Source of the DNA: Polyangiaceae bacterium
GTDB lineage: Bacteria; Myxococcota_A; Polyangia; Polyangiales; Polyangiaceae
Reading direction: 5' to 3'
DNA length: 64,000 bases
Assembly: GCA_033763455.1 (NCBI GenBank)
Contig: JANRKO010000007.1
Span: 1 to 64,000, forward strand
Position 1 is the stretch's first letter. Each line of letters starts with the position of its first letter. The notes under the pieces are model-generated. The model searched no databases. It saw only the letters and a program-made list of their open reading frames with translations, and had not been told where the DNA came from. The translations under genes and the position numbers were made by a program. This document shows positions 38,926 through 50,076 of this stretch, piece after piece.

Positions 38926-41900
38926 CTACTTTAGGATAGCCCACGCGCACTGGGGGGTGCAGCCGGGCACGCTGTCGCACTGTTCACCGTGGTTAGCTTG
39001 AATGCGACCGTCTCCACAATAGGGTGCGATGAGGCAGCCCTTAGTGCAAAGGTTGATATCCTTTGCTGCACTGTATGGGTCAGTTTGGTTGTTGGCGCCC
39101 TTATCGCACTGCTCAGGCCCGTTCGTTGTGCCGTCACCACAGTAGCCGGCGAATTTGCACGTATTGGTACAGGTGCCGTAGCTGCCATTGTTAACGCCAT
39201 CGTCGCATTCTTCGCCGCTATCCACGCTGCCGTTGCCGCACTTGATACGGCAGCGCGCGTCGCAGTTGCTCTGAGCCGTGCCATTGCTGGCACCCGCGTC
39301 GCACTGTTCGATGCCGTCTTTCACCCCATTGCCACAAGAGGCAAGAGGAATGGCCGCTTTGCAGTCAGTGGAGCACGAGCCGGGGGCGCCGCTGTTCACG
39401 CCGTCGTCGCACTTCTCGCCGAACGCCGCATCGACCGCTTTGTTGCCACAGTAAGGCGCAGGGCGACAGGCAGTGGTGCAGAGGTTGTTGCCGTAAGCGG
39501 AGCTCATATTCTGAGCACCGGCGTCGCATAGCTCACCAGCCGTGGATTGAAGAGCAGCGTCACCGCAGCGCGGGCCAAGCACACACAGGGGTGCACAAGT
39601 TCCGTAGCTACCGTCGTTTTTGCCATCGTCGCACATCTCGCTCTGCTGTTTGATGCCGTCGCCGCAGCGTGGACCAAGCAAACACGCGGAGGTGCATTTC
39701 CCGTAGCCACCGATGTTATTGACGGTACCGTCGTCACATTGCTCGCCAGCATCAAGCGTTCCGTTTCCGCACTTTAGCTTGCAGTCAATTTGACAGATGC
39801 TGCCGGAAGTGCCGTTGAGCACGCCTGTGTCGCAAGCTTCCCCGTTAGTCGCGACACCGTCGCCGCAGGATGGGCCGAGCGTACAGCTAGTGGTGCAGCC
39901 ACCGTAAGCTGCGCCTGATTGGTTGTTAACGCCGGCGTCGCACTGTTCACCTGCGCCAGGAGCGCCGTCACCACAGTAGGGAGCCCACATGCAGCCTGGG
40001 CCGCACTTTTTTGTCGTGCCACCATAGGTTGCGAGATTCACGCCGTCGTCGCACTCTTCACCATTGCCGGTCTGCACCGTAGCGTCTCCGCAGCGGGGGG
40101 AGAGTGTGCAGTTGGCGTTGCAGGTACCGTAGACGCCCGTATTGAGGCTCACGCCCATGCCATTTTTTCCAAGATCACACGCTTCATCGCGGGTCACGAT
40201 GCCGTCGCCGCAGGTGCTCTTGCAGCTGCTCTTGGCGGTTACAAATCCGGCGAGTGTGAGATTGAAGGTGCTGAGAAACGTGTGTCGCTCAGCGTGAAAC
40301 AAGACAACTTCGTAAACGTTGCCCACAGTCAGGCCCAGTTGCATGGCTTTGGTGGCGTTGAGCGTGACGCTCTGAGTATCAGGCCCATGCAAACCACCGA
40401 TATCTACGGCTAGCTTTCCGTTGATGAAGACCCAGACGTCGTCATCCCCCGTGAAGCTCAACACTTCGCCGCCTTTGTACTCGAACCAGTAGATAATCTC
40501 CGAGGTGAAGCCGAAATTGTGCGTTTCGTACACATCTTCCTTGTTCTGCGCGACCCAGCCTCGGCCATCTAGGGGGAAGAAGGTGTCGTCTGGGAAGAGA
40601 TATGTGCCGTTCGGTTGGCGCGTGAGCGTTAACTTCTGGACGTACGTCATGTTTACGGCGGGAACGTCGCGGTACCATTGGTCGAAGGCCGCCTTGTTCG
40701 TGGTTTGTTCGTCGTATGGGCACCTTGCCTCGTTCCCGATGTTGGGGCTGCCCACCTCGCACCTGCCCGTGTAGACAGGCTTGCCATCCGCGCCCAGAGT
40801 GGCGTTCACCAGGCCCGTAGTTCTTGCATCGCCGGCGTACTCCTCGAAGTCTGGATGCCGGACCCCACCGTTCTTCGGTAGTGCGATGAAGTCACGGAAA
40901 GTTACTGGCACATCCAATGTGTTGCCCAAACTGCTCAGCGAGTCGGTGCACGTAAAACCCGCCTCTACCTTACAGGTTGCCGAGCAACCATCGCCGGCTG
41001 CGTTGTTGCCGTCGTCGCACTCCTCCGCGTCTTTTGGCAGCTTGATGCCGTCACCACACTTCGACTGGCAAGCACCTAGGCTGCAATCAGGCTCAAGCTG
41101 GCAGAAGGGGTTGCAGCCATCGCCGACCACATTGTTGCCATCGTCGCACGGCTCTTTGCCCTCTTTTTTGGCGTCACCGCACACCGTGGGGACGCAGGCA
41201 GCGCCGGGCGTGGGGCACTTATAGCCATTTTCCAGGAGGCAAGCCGCGCTGCAGCCGGGGCTCGCGTTGTTCATATCATCGCACTCTTCGTTGCCCGCCA
41301 CGATACCATCTCCGCACTGCTTGGCGCGGCACACACCTCCGAGTGGACACTCCCAGCCTGCCTCTACTTGGCAATTGTTGCAGCCGTCACCGACACTCGC
41401 ATTCTTGTCGTCACAGGTTTCGTTGCCGGTTACTTTGCCGTCGCCGCACACTACCGTCGACACACAAGGCGAGCCCGGTTGTGGGCACGCGAAGTCAGCT
41501 TCGGTGACGCACACGGTAGAACAGCCGTCGCTTCCGCGGGGGAGGCATTTGCCGCCGCCAATGTTCACGCAAGCTGCGTCGCTGGTGCAGCTGGCTCCGT
41601 TGTCACACTTGGAACCGTCGTCGCACTGTTCGTTGCGTGCGAGGCTCACTTTGCCGTCACCGCACCATTCAATGGCTGAGCAGGCTTGCCCAGCGCTGGG
41701 GCACGTGAAGCCAGGGCTCACTTCGCACTTGTCGGTACAGCCATCGCTCGGGTTGGTGTTGCCGTCGTCGCAGTATTCACCAAAATCGAGGACGCTATCG
41801 CCGCAGCTCGCCACGGCCACCGGCGTACAGGTGCCGCCAACTCCCGCTGTGGTGGGGCATGAGAAGTTCGGTTCTGTGCTCTTGCAGTCGGCGGCGCAGC

Positions 41901-42807
41901 CGTCTCCCGCACCCGTATTGCCGTCATCGCACGCTTCGTCGCCGACAACCTTGGAATCGCCACACACAATGGTGCTCTGACACGGCGCGCCTTGCGTTGG
42001 GCACACGTAGAACGGTTCAAGATTGCAGAGCCCGGTGCAGCCGTCCCCCGGAGCTGTATTACCGTCGTCGCAGCCTTCCGTGTCGCTCAGGCGGCTATTG
42101 CCGCAGTATTCGTCAAGCACGCAGAGCTCGCCCGGCTGCGGACAGGTGTAGCCCTGCTCTAATGTGCAACCCATGCTGCAACCGTCTCCAGATAGGCTGC
42201 CGCCGTCGTCACAGGTTTCCCCTGCGTTGATCACTCCGTCGCCACATACGGCGGTAGTTACCGGAGTACACGGTTGCCCTGGGGTGGCGCAGCCGAAACC
42301 CGGCTCCACTTGGCAGGTAGCATCGCAACCGTCGCCCGGCGCTGGGTTATTGTCGTCACAGGCTTCAGAAGCTTCCACTTGCCCGTTGCCGCACACCACG
42401 GTGCTCACACAAGCCACCCCAGGCGTAGCGCACGCGAAGTTCGCTTCGACACGGCACAACCCCGAACAACCATCCCCAGGGCGTGAATTGCCGTCGTCGC
42501 ACACCTCGCCCATCTCGATGATGGAGTTGCCGCAGGTAGCAGTGGCCGTGGGATCGACTGGGCACGACATGTTCGCGCACATCCCCGAACCGGCAGCGCC
42601 ACCGTTGCCCAGATTGAGGATCGGATCAATGTTCGGGCCCGTGCTGGAGCCGCCCGTTCCAGGCAAATTGAGCATCGGATCGTCAGGTGTGGCCCCTGAG
42701 GCGTTAGGGTCCAGCGCGTCGCTGCCAGGCTTCGGCGATGAGCCACACCGCACCAGAATGGCTAACAACCCTAAAACACCCAAAGCCTTAAGTGACACAC
42801 TGCGCAT
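38926..42807 (-). CDS. Large surface protein: many myxobacterial Cys-rich (DUF4215) repeats around a fibro-slime/PA14 domain
   Basis: Repeated CGDG....E.CDDGN...GDGC; RDF...HPDFE...GDDDVWVFING...FHAERH. Confidence 0.92.
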   Translation of the reverse strand: MRSVSLKALGVLGLLAILVRCGSSPKPGSDALDPNASGATPDDPMLNLPGTGGSSTGPNIDPILNLGNGGAAGSGMCANMSCPVDPTATATCGNSIIEMGEVCDDGNSRPGDGCSGLCRVEANFACATPGVACVSTVVCGNGQVEASEACDDNNPAPGDGCDATCQVEPGFGCATPGQPCTPVTTAVCGDGVINAGETCDDGGSLSGDGCSMGCTLEQGYTCPQPGELCVLDEYCGNSRLSDTEGCDDGNTAPGDGCTGLCNLEPFYVCPTQGAPCQSTIVCGDSKVVGDEACDDGNTGAGDGCAADCKSTEPNFSCPTTAGVGGTCTPVAVASCGDSVLDFGEYCDDGNTNPSDGCTDKCEVSPGFTCPSAGQACSAIEWCGDGKVSLARNEQCDDGSKCDNGASCTSDAACVNIGGGKCLPRGSDGCSTVCVTEADFACPQPGSPCVSTVVCGDGKVTGNETCDDKNASVGDGCNNCQVEAGWECPLGGVCRAKQCGDGIVAGNEECDDMNNASPGCSAACLLENGYKCPTPGAACVPTVCGDAKKEGKEPCDDGNNVVGDGCNPFCQLEPDCSLGACQSKCGDGIKLPKDAEECDDGNNAAGDGCSATCKVEAGFTCTDSLSSLGNTLDVPVTFRDFIALPKNGGVRHPDFEEYAGDARTTGLVNATLGADGKPVYTGRCEVGSPNIGNEARCPYDEQTTNKAAFDQWYRDVPAVNMTYVQKLTLTRQPNGTYLFPDDTFFPLDGRGWVAQNKEDVYETHNFGFTSEIIYWFEYKGGEVLSFTGDDDVWVFINGKLAVDIGGLHGPDTQSVTLNATKAMQLGLTVGNVYEVVLFHAERHTFLSTFNLTLAGFVTAKSSCKSTCGDGIVTRDEACDLGKNGMGVSLNTGVYGTCNANCTLSPRCGDATVQTGNGEECDDGVNLATYGGTTKKCGPGCMWAPYCGDGAPGAGEQCDAGVNNQSGAAYGGCTTSCTLGPSCGDGVATNGEACDTGVLNGTSGSICQIDCKLKCGNGTLDAGEQCDDGTVNNIGGYGKCTSACLLGPRCGDGIKQQSEMCDDGKNDGSYGTCAPLCVLGPRCGDAALQSTAGELCDAGAQNMSSAYGNNLCTTACRPAPYCGNKAVDAAFGEKCDDGVNSGAPGSCSTDCKAAIPLASCGNGVKDGIEQCDAGASNGTAQSNCDARCRIKCGNGSVDSGEECDDGVNNGSYGTCTNTCKFAGYCGDGTTNGPEQCDKGANNQTDPYSAAKDINLCTKGCLIAPYCGDGRIQANHGEQCDSVPGCTPQCAWAILK

Positions 42808-43281
42808 ACAAGTATCCTCTGCGGTGCGCTAGGAGAAACCTGCGACCGAAAAATAGAATCCCAACCGTACGAGCGCACTATTCACTTAACTGCCGTTACG
42901 AGTCAAGAATTCTTAAGGCCTCGCACGAATTATTTTGTGCAGCGGTAATGGAAGCGTGAGACACATACACTGTGTGCGTCGGCGCGTAGCTAACGTCAGC
43001 AACGGAGGTAGGTGTCGCGGTTTGGAGTGCATTACCTCTCTGTGTGTGACGCGGTTACCGCCACACCTACATGCGGGCGATCCGGTATTTGGGGGAAATT
43101 GAGTTGAGCGATCTGATGTTACTCACGCGAGACGCGAGACCAGATCCACTGAATCGTCCCCACCTCACCTATGCCTACACCTACGCTGATACACCGAAGT
43201 TCCGGTGTCGAGGTGAGCCTAGAGTTTGGCTCTTCCCGTCGTCTTGTGTGCGACCCCGCAGGCTCAGAGATGTCCCGCGCG

Positions 43282-43379
43282 CTTGAGCGCACGCCCGATG
43301 CACTCAACCAACTGACAGCTGACCTCTTGAGCGCACGCCCGATGCACCCACTAACCTAAACCTGACCTCTAAGCGCACG
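43282..43379. repeat. About 43-44 bp imperfect intergenic tandem repeat (2 full copies and 1 partial)
   Basis: cttgagcgcacgcccgatgcac...ctgacct at 43282 and 43326; ctaagcgcacg at 43369. Confidence 0.8.
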
Positions 43380-43464
43380 TCTAACACACCGAATGCGCTG
43401 GCCTCGGCTCCCGAGCGCTCAGAACGGGGTGGTTCGCCAGAGCCACCCGCATTTAAGCGAATGC

Positions 43465-44613
43465 TCACTCGGCGTTAGCCGATGATTGCGGAGCTGGCCC
43501 ACGCTGCAAAATGCGATCGGCTTGGCCAGCTGAATACGCCGTGAAAAGCTTGCCCCAGTGCGTTTCTTCGCACCACTTTTCGAACGTAAGCCGATCCTTC
43601 CGAGGCCAGCGGTAGTAGTCGTGGTAGGCCTCGCTGCCCATCACAAAGATGTTCACGAGTGGGGTGTGGAAGAAGAGCTTTTGGAACTTCTTCAACGGGC
43701 CAAACCACATCACATCACCAACGGTGCTGGCGGCGTTGTCGCCGACTTGAAAGCCCCAGCTCTCCTTCGAGATGTCGTCGCCCACGATCTCAATATCGCG
43801 GGGATCACCCACGCCCAAACCGTCGTTGTGGGCCACGTTGATGTATTCGAGGCTCATCGGATCAAAGCCCATCATTTTGGCCGCAATTGCGTCGATAGCT
43901 ACCTGATCGGCGCTCGCAAGGATGTAATCCTTGATAACCGGGAACATGGTGCGTGGGCCTGGGCCGTTGCCGGCGGTGGTGCCGTCCATAATGGCGAAGA
44001 GGCCCGAATGGATCTCTTTTTGGATCGCCAATAGATCTACCAGCGTGCGGTGGATCCAGCTGTGCGTGTAGTGGCGCTTGGTGTTGAGCAAGCCGCCGAA
44101 CGCATTCTTCATGGCTCCGGTGGTGGTGGTGTAGATGTGGCACTTCACCGTGGGGAGGTGAATGATGTTCTTGCCGAAGAAGTAATCCGGAACCTGGATG
44201 CCTTCGGGGAAAATGTTCGGCAAGACGTGCATCTTAGCTTTGGGGCGGTACTCCACCCACTTCATGTCTTCGTCTTTGAAGTTATAAAGAACGGGAATGT
44301 TGTAGCGCTTAAAGAGCGGCACGTAGTGGTTCAAGTCTTCGCCTTTGAAGGCGTTGGTAACCACCGTCTTGTTCTGCACACAGGTGATGTCGCGGTAGCC
44401 CGAGTTCTGAAGCGCTAAGATGGTGCCTTCGAGCTGCCAGGGAGTCGTGTTGGCGCCAGGGAACGGGTAGTGCCAGGAGATGTTGTCCTTGAGGATCGTC
44501 GTGGCCCCGGGCGCCAGCGCATCTTTCATTCCTGCGAGTGAGCAAAGCCGTTCGAGATCTTGAAGAACAGTTTCCGGCTTGGTTTTGATGACTGCAACTT
44601 TAGATTTGCTCAT
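43465..44613 (-). CDS. DUF362-domain (probable Fe-S) protein
   Basis: ILKDNISW, LPTVKCH, TGAMKNAFG, DGTTAGNGPGP, DQVAID. Confidence 0.82.
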   Translation of the reverse strand: MSKSKVAVIKTKPETVLQDLERLCSLAGMKDALAPGATTILKDNISWHYPFPGANTTPWQLEGTILALQNSGYRDITCVQNKTVVTNAFKGEDLNHYVPLFKRYNIPVLYNFKDEDMKWVEYRPKAKMHVLPNIFPEGIQVPDYFFGKNIIHLPTVKCHIYTTTTGAMKNAFGGLLNTKRHYTHSWIHRTLVDLLAIQKEIHSGLFAIMDGTTAGNGPGPRTMFPVIKDYILASADQVAIDAIAAKMMGFDPMSLEYINVAHNDGLGVGDPRDIEIVGDDISKESWGFQVGDNAASTVGDVMWFGPLKKFQKLFFHTPLVNIFVMGSEAYHDYYRWPRKDRLTFEKWCEETHWGKLFTAYSAGQADRILQRGPAPQSSANAE

Positions 44614-44809
44614 AGCGTTCTCTTTAGGGACTCGAAGATGGCTGTCGGCTCGCACTCAGAACGGGCGCCGAAAAGTAGTGATTCTTTGCCTGACGATGAC
44701 GCGGGGGCTGACGATGGTTGCGGGGTTGGCCCTCCAAGGGCCTCGGGGGGCGGCGGACCGAATACCTTAGCTCTCTGGCTTCGATCCGCGCCTTTTGTGG
44801 GAACGCCGC

Positions 44810-46168
<1,359 letters not shown>

Positions 46169-47182
46169 TCAGCTGCGTTTCGCGCCTTCGTACGGTTCGG
46201 CGCCGTTCTGTTCGAGCCGCTTTTCATCGTATTTCTCGTAAGCCACGACGATCTTCTGCACCAAAGGGTGTCGCACCACGTCTACGTCCGAGAAGTGGCA
46301 GAAGGCAATCCCTTCCACCTCTGACAATAGGTCCCGCGCCTCCCGCAACCCGCTCTTGGTTCCCCGAGGCAAGTCAGTCTGCGTGATGTCACCCGTAACG
46401 ACCGCCTTGGAGCCAAAGCCTAGCCGTGTCAGGAACATGCGCATCTGCTCAGGGGTGGCATTCTGGGCTTCGTCTAAGATGACAAAAGAGTCGTTGAGGG
46501 TGCGACCGCGCATGAACGCCAACGGAGCCACTTCAATCTGTCCGCGTTCTTGGAGCTGCGCCACGCGTTCGCCATCGAGCATGTCGTGGAGCGCGTCGTA
46601 CAGGGGGCGCAAGTACGGATTGATTTTCTCGATCAGATCGCCGGGCAGAAAGCCCAGCTTCTCACCTGCTTCAACGGCTGGACGCGTGAGAATGATGCGC
46701 TTAACACGTTTGTTAATGAGCTCGCTGGCAGCCATAGCCATCGCAAGATACGTTTTGCCCGTGCCCGCGGGACCAATGCCAAATGTCAGATCGTGAGTGC
46801 GGATGCAGGTAAGGTAGTGTTTCTGCGCCGGGCTTTTCGGGGCCACGCTGCGCTTCTGGGCTCGAATAACGACGGTTTCGTTGAGTAGATCGGAAAGGGA
46901 CCGGTTCGGATCTTCGCGGAGCCCTCGCAGTGAGCGAGCTACGTCTTCAGGGCCGATCTTTTGCCCGTGGGTGACGAGCTCGGCTGCGCCTGAGAAGAAG
47001 CGATGGGCAACGCTCACGTCGGCCTGCTGCCCTGAAAGATAGATAGTGTTACCGCGCAAACTCACTTCGGCACCGCTGTGGCGAGCGACTTCTCCGAGTA
47101 AGTGGCTTTGGGGCCCCAAAAGCATCACCAAAACGCGGGTATCGTTGACTTCCAGGTTGGCGGAGGCGCCTTCGGCGTTCAT
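46169..47182 (-). CDS. phoH: PhoH-family ATPase (YbeZ-like)
   Basis: GPAGTGKT; RPAVEAGEKLGFLPG; MRGRT; DEAQN. Confidence 0.95.
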   Translation of the reverse strand: MNAEGASANLEVNDTRVLVMLLGPQSHLLGEVARHSGAEVSLRGNTIYLSGQQADVSVAHRFFSGAAELVTHGQKIGPEDVARSLRGLREDPNRSLSDLLNETVVIRAQKRSVAPKSPAQKHYLTCIRTHDLTFGIGPAGTGKTYLAMAMAASELINKRVKRIILTRPAVEAGEKLGFLPGDLIEKINPYLRPLYDALHDMLDGERVAQLQERGQIEVAPLAFMRGRTLNDSFVILDEAQNATPEQMRMFLTRLGFGSKAVVTGDITQTDLPRGTKSGLREARDLLSEVEGIAFCHFSDVDVVRHPLVQKIVVAYEKYDEKRLEQNGAEPYEGAKRS

Positions 47183-47348
47183 ACGTGGAAAACCAGTACC
47201 TGCCTAAGTGCCGAAGCTTCTCTCATGCAGCCTCAGCATAGTCTGGCCGACGCGCCCGCGCACCCGCGCAAACGCCGCGTGGCCAACTCTTTGACGGACG
47301 CGCCCGCTTTTTTGGCCCGGTTCGAGCCATCGACTACCTGGGATAGGG

Positions 47349-48593
47349 ATGGCACGCCTCAGCAGATGGTTTGGGATCGGGGCGGCGCTCGGCATAGCTG
47401 TCGCGCTCTGGCCCATTGTTCGGGGAAACACCCCCGTGGAGGAGCAGCTAACCAAGCTTCGCACCACGCTTTCGGGCACTGCTTCAGATAAGCTGCCTGA
47501 TTTGCGCGGGCTGGATCTACTGCGCCTGGACCTTCGCCCAAGCCGCGTGGTGGCTCCGCTCATGGGCGGTAAGAGCGCTGAACTCACCCTCGATCCAAAC
47601 CTCCAACGCACGGCCACCGCTGTGATGAGACAGTATCGGGTGCCCGAGGCAGGCCTGGTGATGATGGATGTTAGGACCGGCAAACTTCTGGTTTACGCGA
47701 GTCACGTAAACGACGGAGAGAGGTTTGACGTCAACGCACGCGCCGAGCCGCCAGCGGCGAGCATCTTTAAGGTAGTAACCGCCGCGGCTCTCATAGAGAA
47801 GGCCGGACTTAATGGCAGTACGGAACAGTGCTATCATGGAGGAAGAAGCGCCATTTATGCTGACGAGCTGCGCGACGATCCGGTGCGTGACAAATGGTGT
47901 GTCTCATTGGGTGCGGCGTTAGGGCGAAGCCTCAACGTCGTGTTTGGGCGCCTTGCCCAGAAGCACCTAACCCCCGAATCGCTGACGGCCACGGCAGGGG
48001 CATTTGGTTTCGGTGCGCAAGTTCCGTTCGCGGTTCCGAACGATCCATCGAAGTTAGAGATCCCAGTCGAATCACTGGAGTTTGCACGGTCGGCAGCTGG
48101 GTTCTGGCACTCGAATCTCTCACCGTTAGCCGCTGTCGTGTTAGCGCAAACTGTAGCTAACGGCGGTGTCGCTTTTGCACCGCAAATCGTCGAATCTGTA
48201 TTCGACGGCAAGAAGAAGCTGTGGGAAAGCGACGGTAAGCCCAAGGTGCTACGGCGCGCGATCAAGGCGGATACAGCCACTGAACTCGGGCGTATGCTGT
48301 TAGAAACGGTCGAGGGTGGCTCGGCGTTCAGCGCTTTTCATGACCCAAAGGGCTCACCCTTCCTCCCTGGTATCAAGGTAGCGGGCAAAACCGGCACGCT
48401 CACCCGAGACGAGGCCAACCGCTTTTACACCTGGTTCGTTGGGTATGCGCCCGCAGACAAACCTGAAGTGGCGATTGCTTCCCTGGTGGTGAACACGCCC
48501 ACCTGGCGGATCAAGGGTCCACAGCTGGCCAGGGATCTCCTTAGGGCGTACTTCGCGGCCCACGGCTTTCGTGGCGTCACCCCGCCCCTTTGA
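47349..48593 (+). CDS. Penicillin-binding transpeptidase-domain protein
   Basis: SxxK (SIFK), SxN (SLN) and KTG motifs; N-terminal TM. Confidence 0.9.
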   Translation: MARLSRWFGIGAALGIAVALWPIVRGNTPVEEQLTKLRTTLSGTASDKLPDLRGLDLLRLDLRPSRVVAPLMGGKSAELTLDPNLQRTATAVMRQYRVPEAGLVMMDVRTGKLLVYASHVNDGERFDVNARAEPPAASIFKVVTAAALIEKAGLNGSTEQCYHGGRSAIYADELRDDPVRDKWCVSLGAALGRSLNVVFGRLAQKHLTPESLTATAGAFGFGAQVPFAVPNDPSKLEIPVESLEFARSAAGFWHSNLSPLAAVVLAQTVANGGVAFAPQIVESVFDGKKKLWESDGKPKVLRRAIKADTATELGRMLLETVEGGSAFSAFHDPKGSPFLPGIKVAGKTGTLTRDEANRFYTWFVGYAPADKPEVAIASLVVNTPTWRIKGPQLARDLLRAYFAAHGFRGVTPPL

Positions 48594-48747
48594 GCAGCAC
48601 GGGCTGGATTTTTCGGGGGGCTTTCGCCACACCCTGTGCAGCACCCGCCCTTCATCCTGCAAAACTGGCCCAAAGCGCGTGGGGAGCAACCTTGCTCCTA
48701 GGGGATGCTTTGCGGCTGTTCAGGTGAGTGCTTGAGCGAAATATCCG

Positions 48748-49077
48748 GTGAAAGTGAGCGAAATAGTTTCCAGGCCGGGCGAATCCGTGGTGGACGCGAG
48801 CCGCGAGGCTGGTACAGTCATTACTGTGGAAGTTGTGCTGCGGAAGTTAGGGCATGGCTCGCGTTCAGTGAGCGGCCGGCTTGTGCGCGCTCCGCGCCGA
48901 GGATCGGTTGTTGTCATCGAGTTTTCGGACGGAATGCATGAGTACGTCACAACTCCGGTCAAGCGCGTGCTGCGGCTGGCTCAGAAGGGCGTCTTCTATA
49001 TAGAGACAGCCAACAGCCGATATCGGCTCGAAGTTCGTGATCGCGAGCGCGAGCTCGAAGACGCGTCGAGCGGTTGA
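48748..49077 (+). CDS. Hypothetical protein
   Basis: 109-aa globular-looking ORF (YVTTPVKRV...ETANSRYRL). Confidence 0.6.
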   Translation: MKVSEIVSRPGESVVDASREAGTVITVEVVLRKLGHGSRSVSGRLVRAPRRGSVVVIEFSDGMHEYVTTPVKRVLRLAQKGVFYIETANSRYRLEVRDRERELEDASSG

Positions 49078-49268
49078 AAACGCACCGGGCGGCTGATTGA
49101 GCGTCTTATCGCGCCTATCGCGATGGGGGAGCACCCCTCGAACAAGGGGCGCAAAGCTACTGTTACTCAACGCGGCTGGTATTCGGGCGTAAGTCGCGCT
49201 AAGTGGGTGCCCCTCCAGGCGCAGCCACTTAACCTTGCGCCCCAAGAACAAAACGGGATCTTGTCAGT

Positions 49269-49412
49269 ATGGGAAAGTTCGACAACCGCAGCACGAAGCT
49301 CGCTCGGCGCCGCAAGGCTCAGAAGAAGAAGAAAAACCGCGCGAAGCGTAAGGTTGCGGCCGCTCAAAAAGCGCGCCCGGTTCGCACCAAAGCTAAGAAG
49401 ACCACGAAGTAA
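49269..49412 (+). CDS. Small, highly basic 47-aa protein (not in the ORF track)
   Basis: MGKFDNRSTKLARRRKAQKKKKNRAKRKVAAAQKARPVRTKAKKTTK*; purine-rich AAG-codon tract in an otherwise empty gap. Confidence 0.7.
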   Translation: MGKFDNRSTKLARRRKAQKKKKNRAKRKVAAAQKARPVRTKAKKTTK

Positions 49413-49534
49413 GTTTTGTTGGTTGCGCCCTTGTGGGCGCCTTGCCCCGGCCGCGCGGCTCGGCAATTAGCTCCGCTCGCTGCCTGACTTACCTAGATAG
49501 GGAGGGATTTGCGCTGCTAGCGGGTTAACGCGGC

Positions 49535-50011
49535 CTAGCGCAGCGTACGCGTGGGGAAATGGACGTCCGGGTGCGGCTCCGGCAGCACCGCCTGGCCCTC
49601 ACCAAACAACCCGATAGCCCCCGCGATGCGGCGTTCGCGTACCAGCACAAAGCCCCGTCCGAGGTCACTCCAGGTCTGCTCCAGGCGGGTGCGCTGGAGC
49701 AGGCTACTGTTAGCGGGCGCCCAACTCACGTCCACGTTGATCTTGGCGTTCGAAGAGTCCTTCATCTGAAGGCCAGCAAGCTCTACGTCTAACACGCGTA
49801 CGCCTTCGCCCCACTGAGCGTGGCGCCTCAAGAATTCCGCGCGAAAACTCGGCGCCGTAGTCTCAAGGGCTACATCCATTCGCCCGAATCGCGCGGCGAC
49901 GTTCAGCTGCCTGGCGGCATCTGTGGCGCGTTCAGACGCTGGGGGCGGCGTGATGCACCCGAAACTGAGCAAGGCTGCGAAGGTGACCGCAAGTGCGGCT
50001 GCTTTGGCCAT
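49535..50011 (-). CDS. Hypothetical lipoprotein
   Basis: SFGC lipobox; 158 aa; Shine-Dalgarno weak. Confidence 0.7.
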   Translation of the reverse strand: MAKAAALAVTFAALLSFGCITPPPASERATDAARQLNVAARFGRMDVALETTAPSFRAEFLRRHAQWGEGVRVLDVELAGLQMKDSSNAKINVDVSWAPANSSLLQRTRLEQTWSDLGRGFVLVRERRIAGAIGLFGEGQAVLPEPHPDVHFPTRTLR

Positions 50012-50076
50012 GAGAGGAACCTTCGATAACAGGTTCGGCGAAGGAAGCCAACCAGGGCGGTGTTTGCCTGTTGTGG

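Noticed and set aside
49123..49470. ORFs 49123..49470 (+) and 49167..49466 (-)
   Set aside because: Better explained as alternative frames of the 47-aa basic ORF
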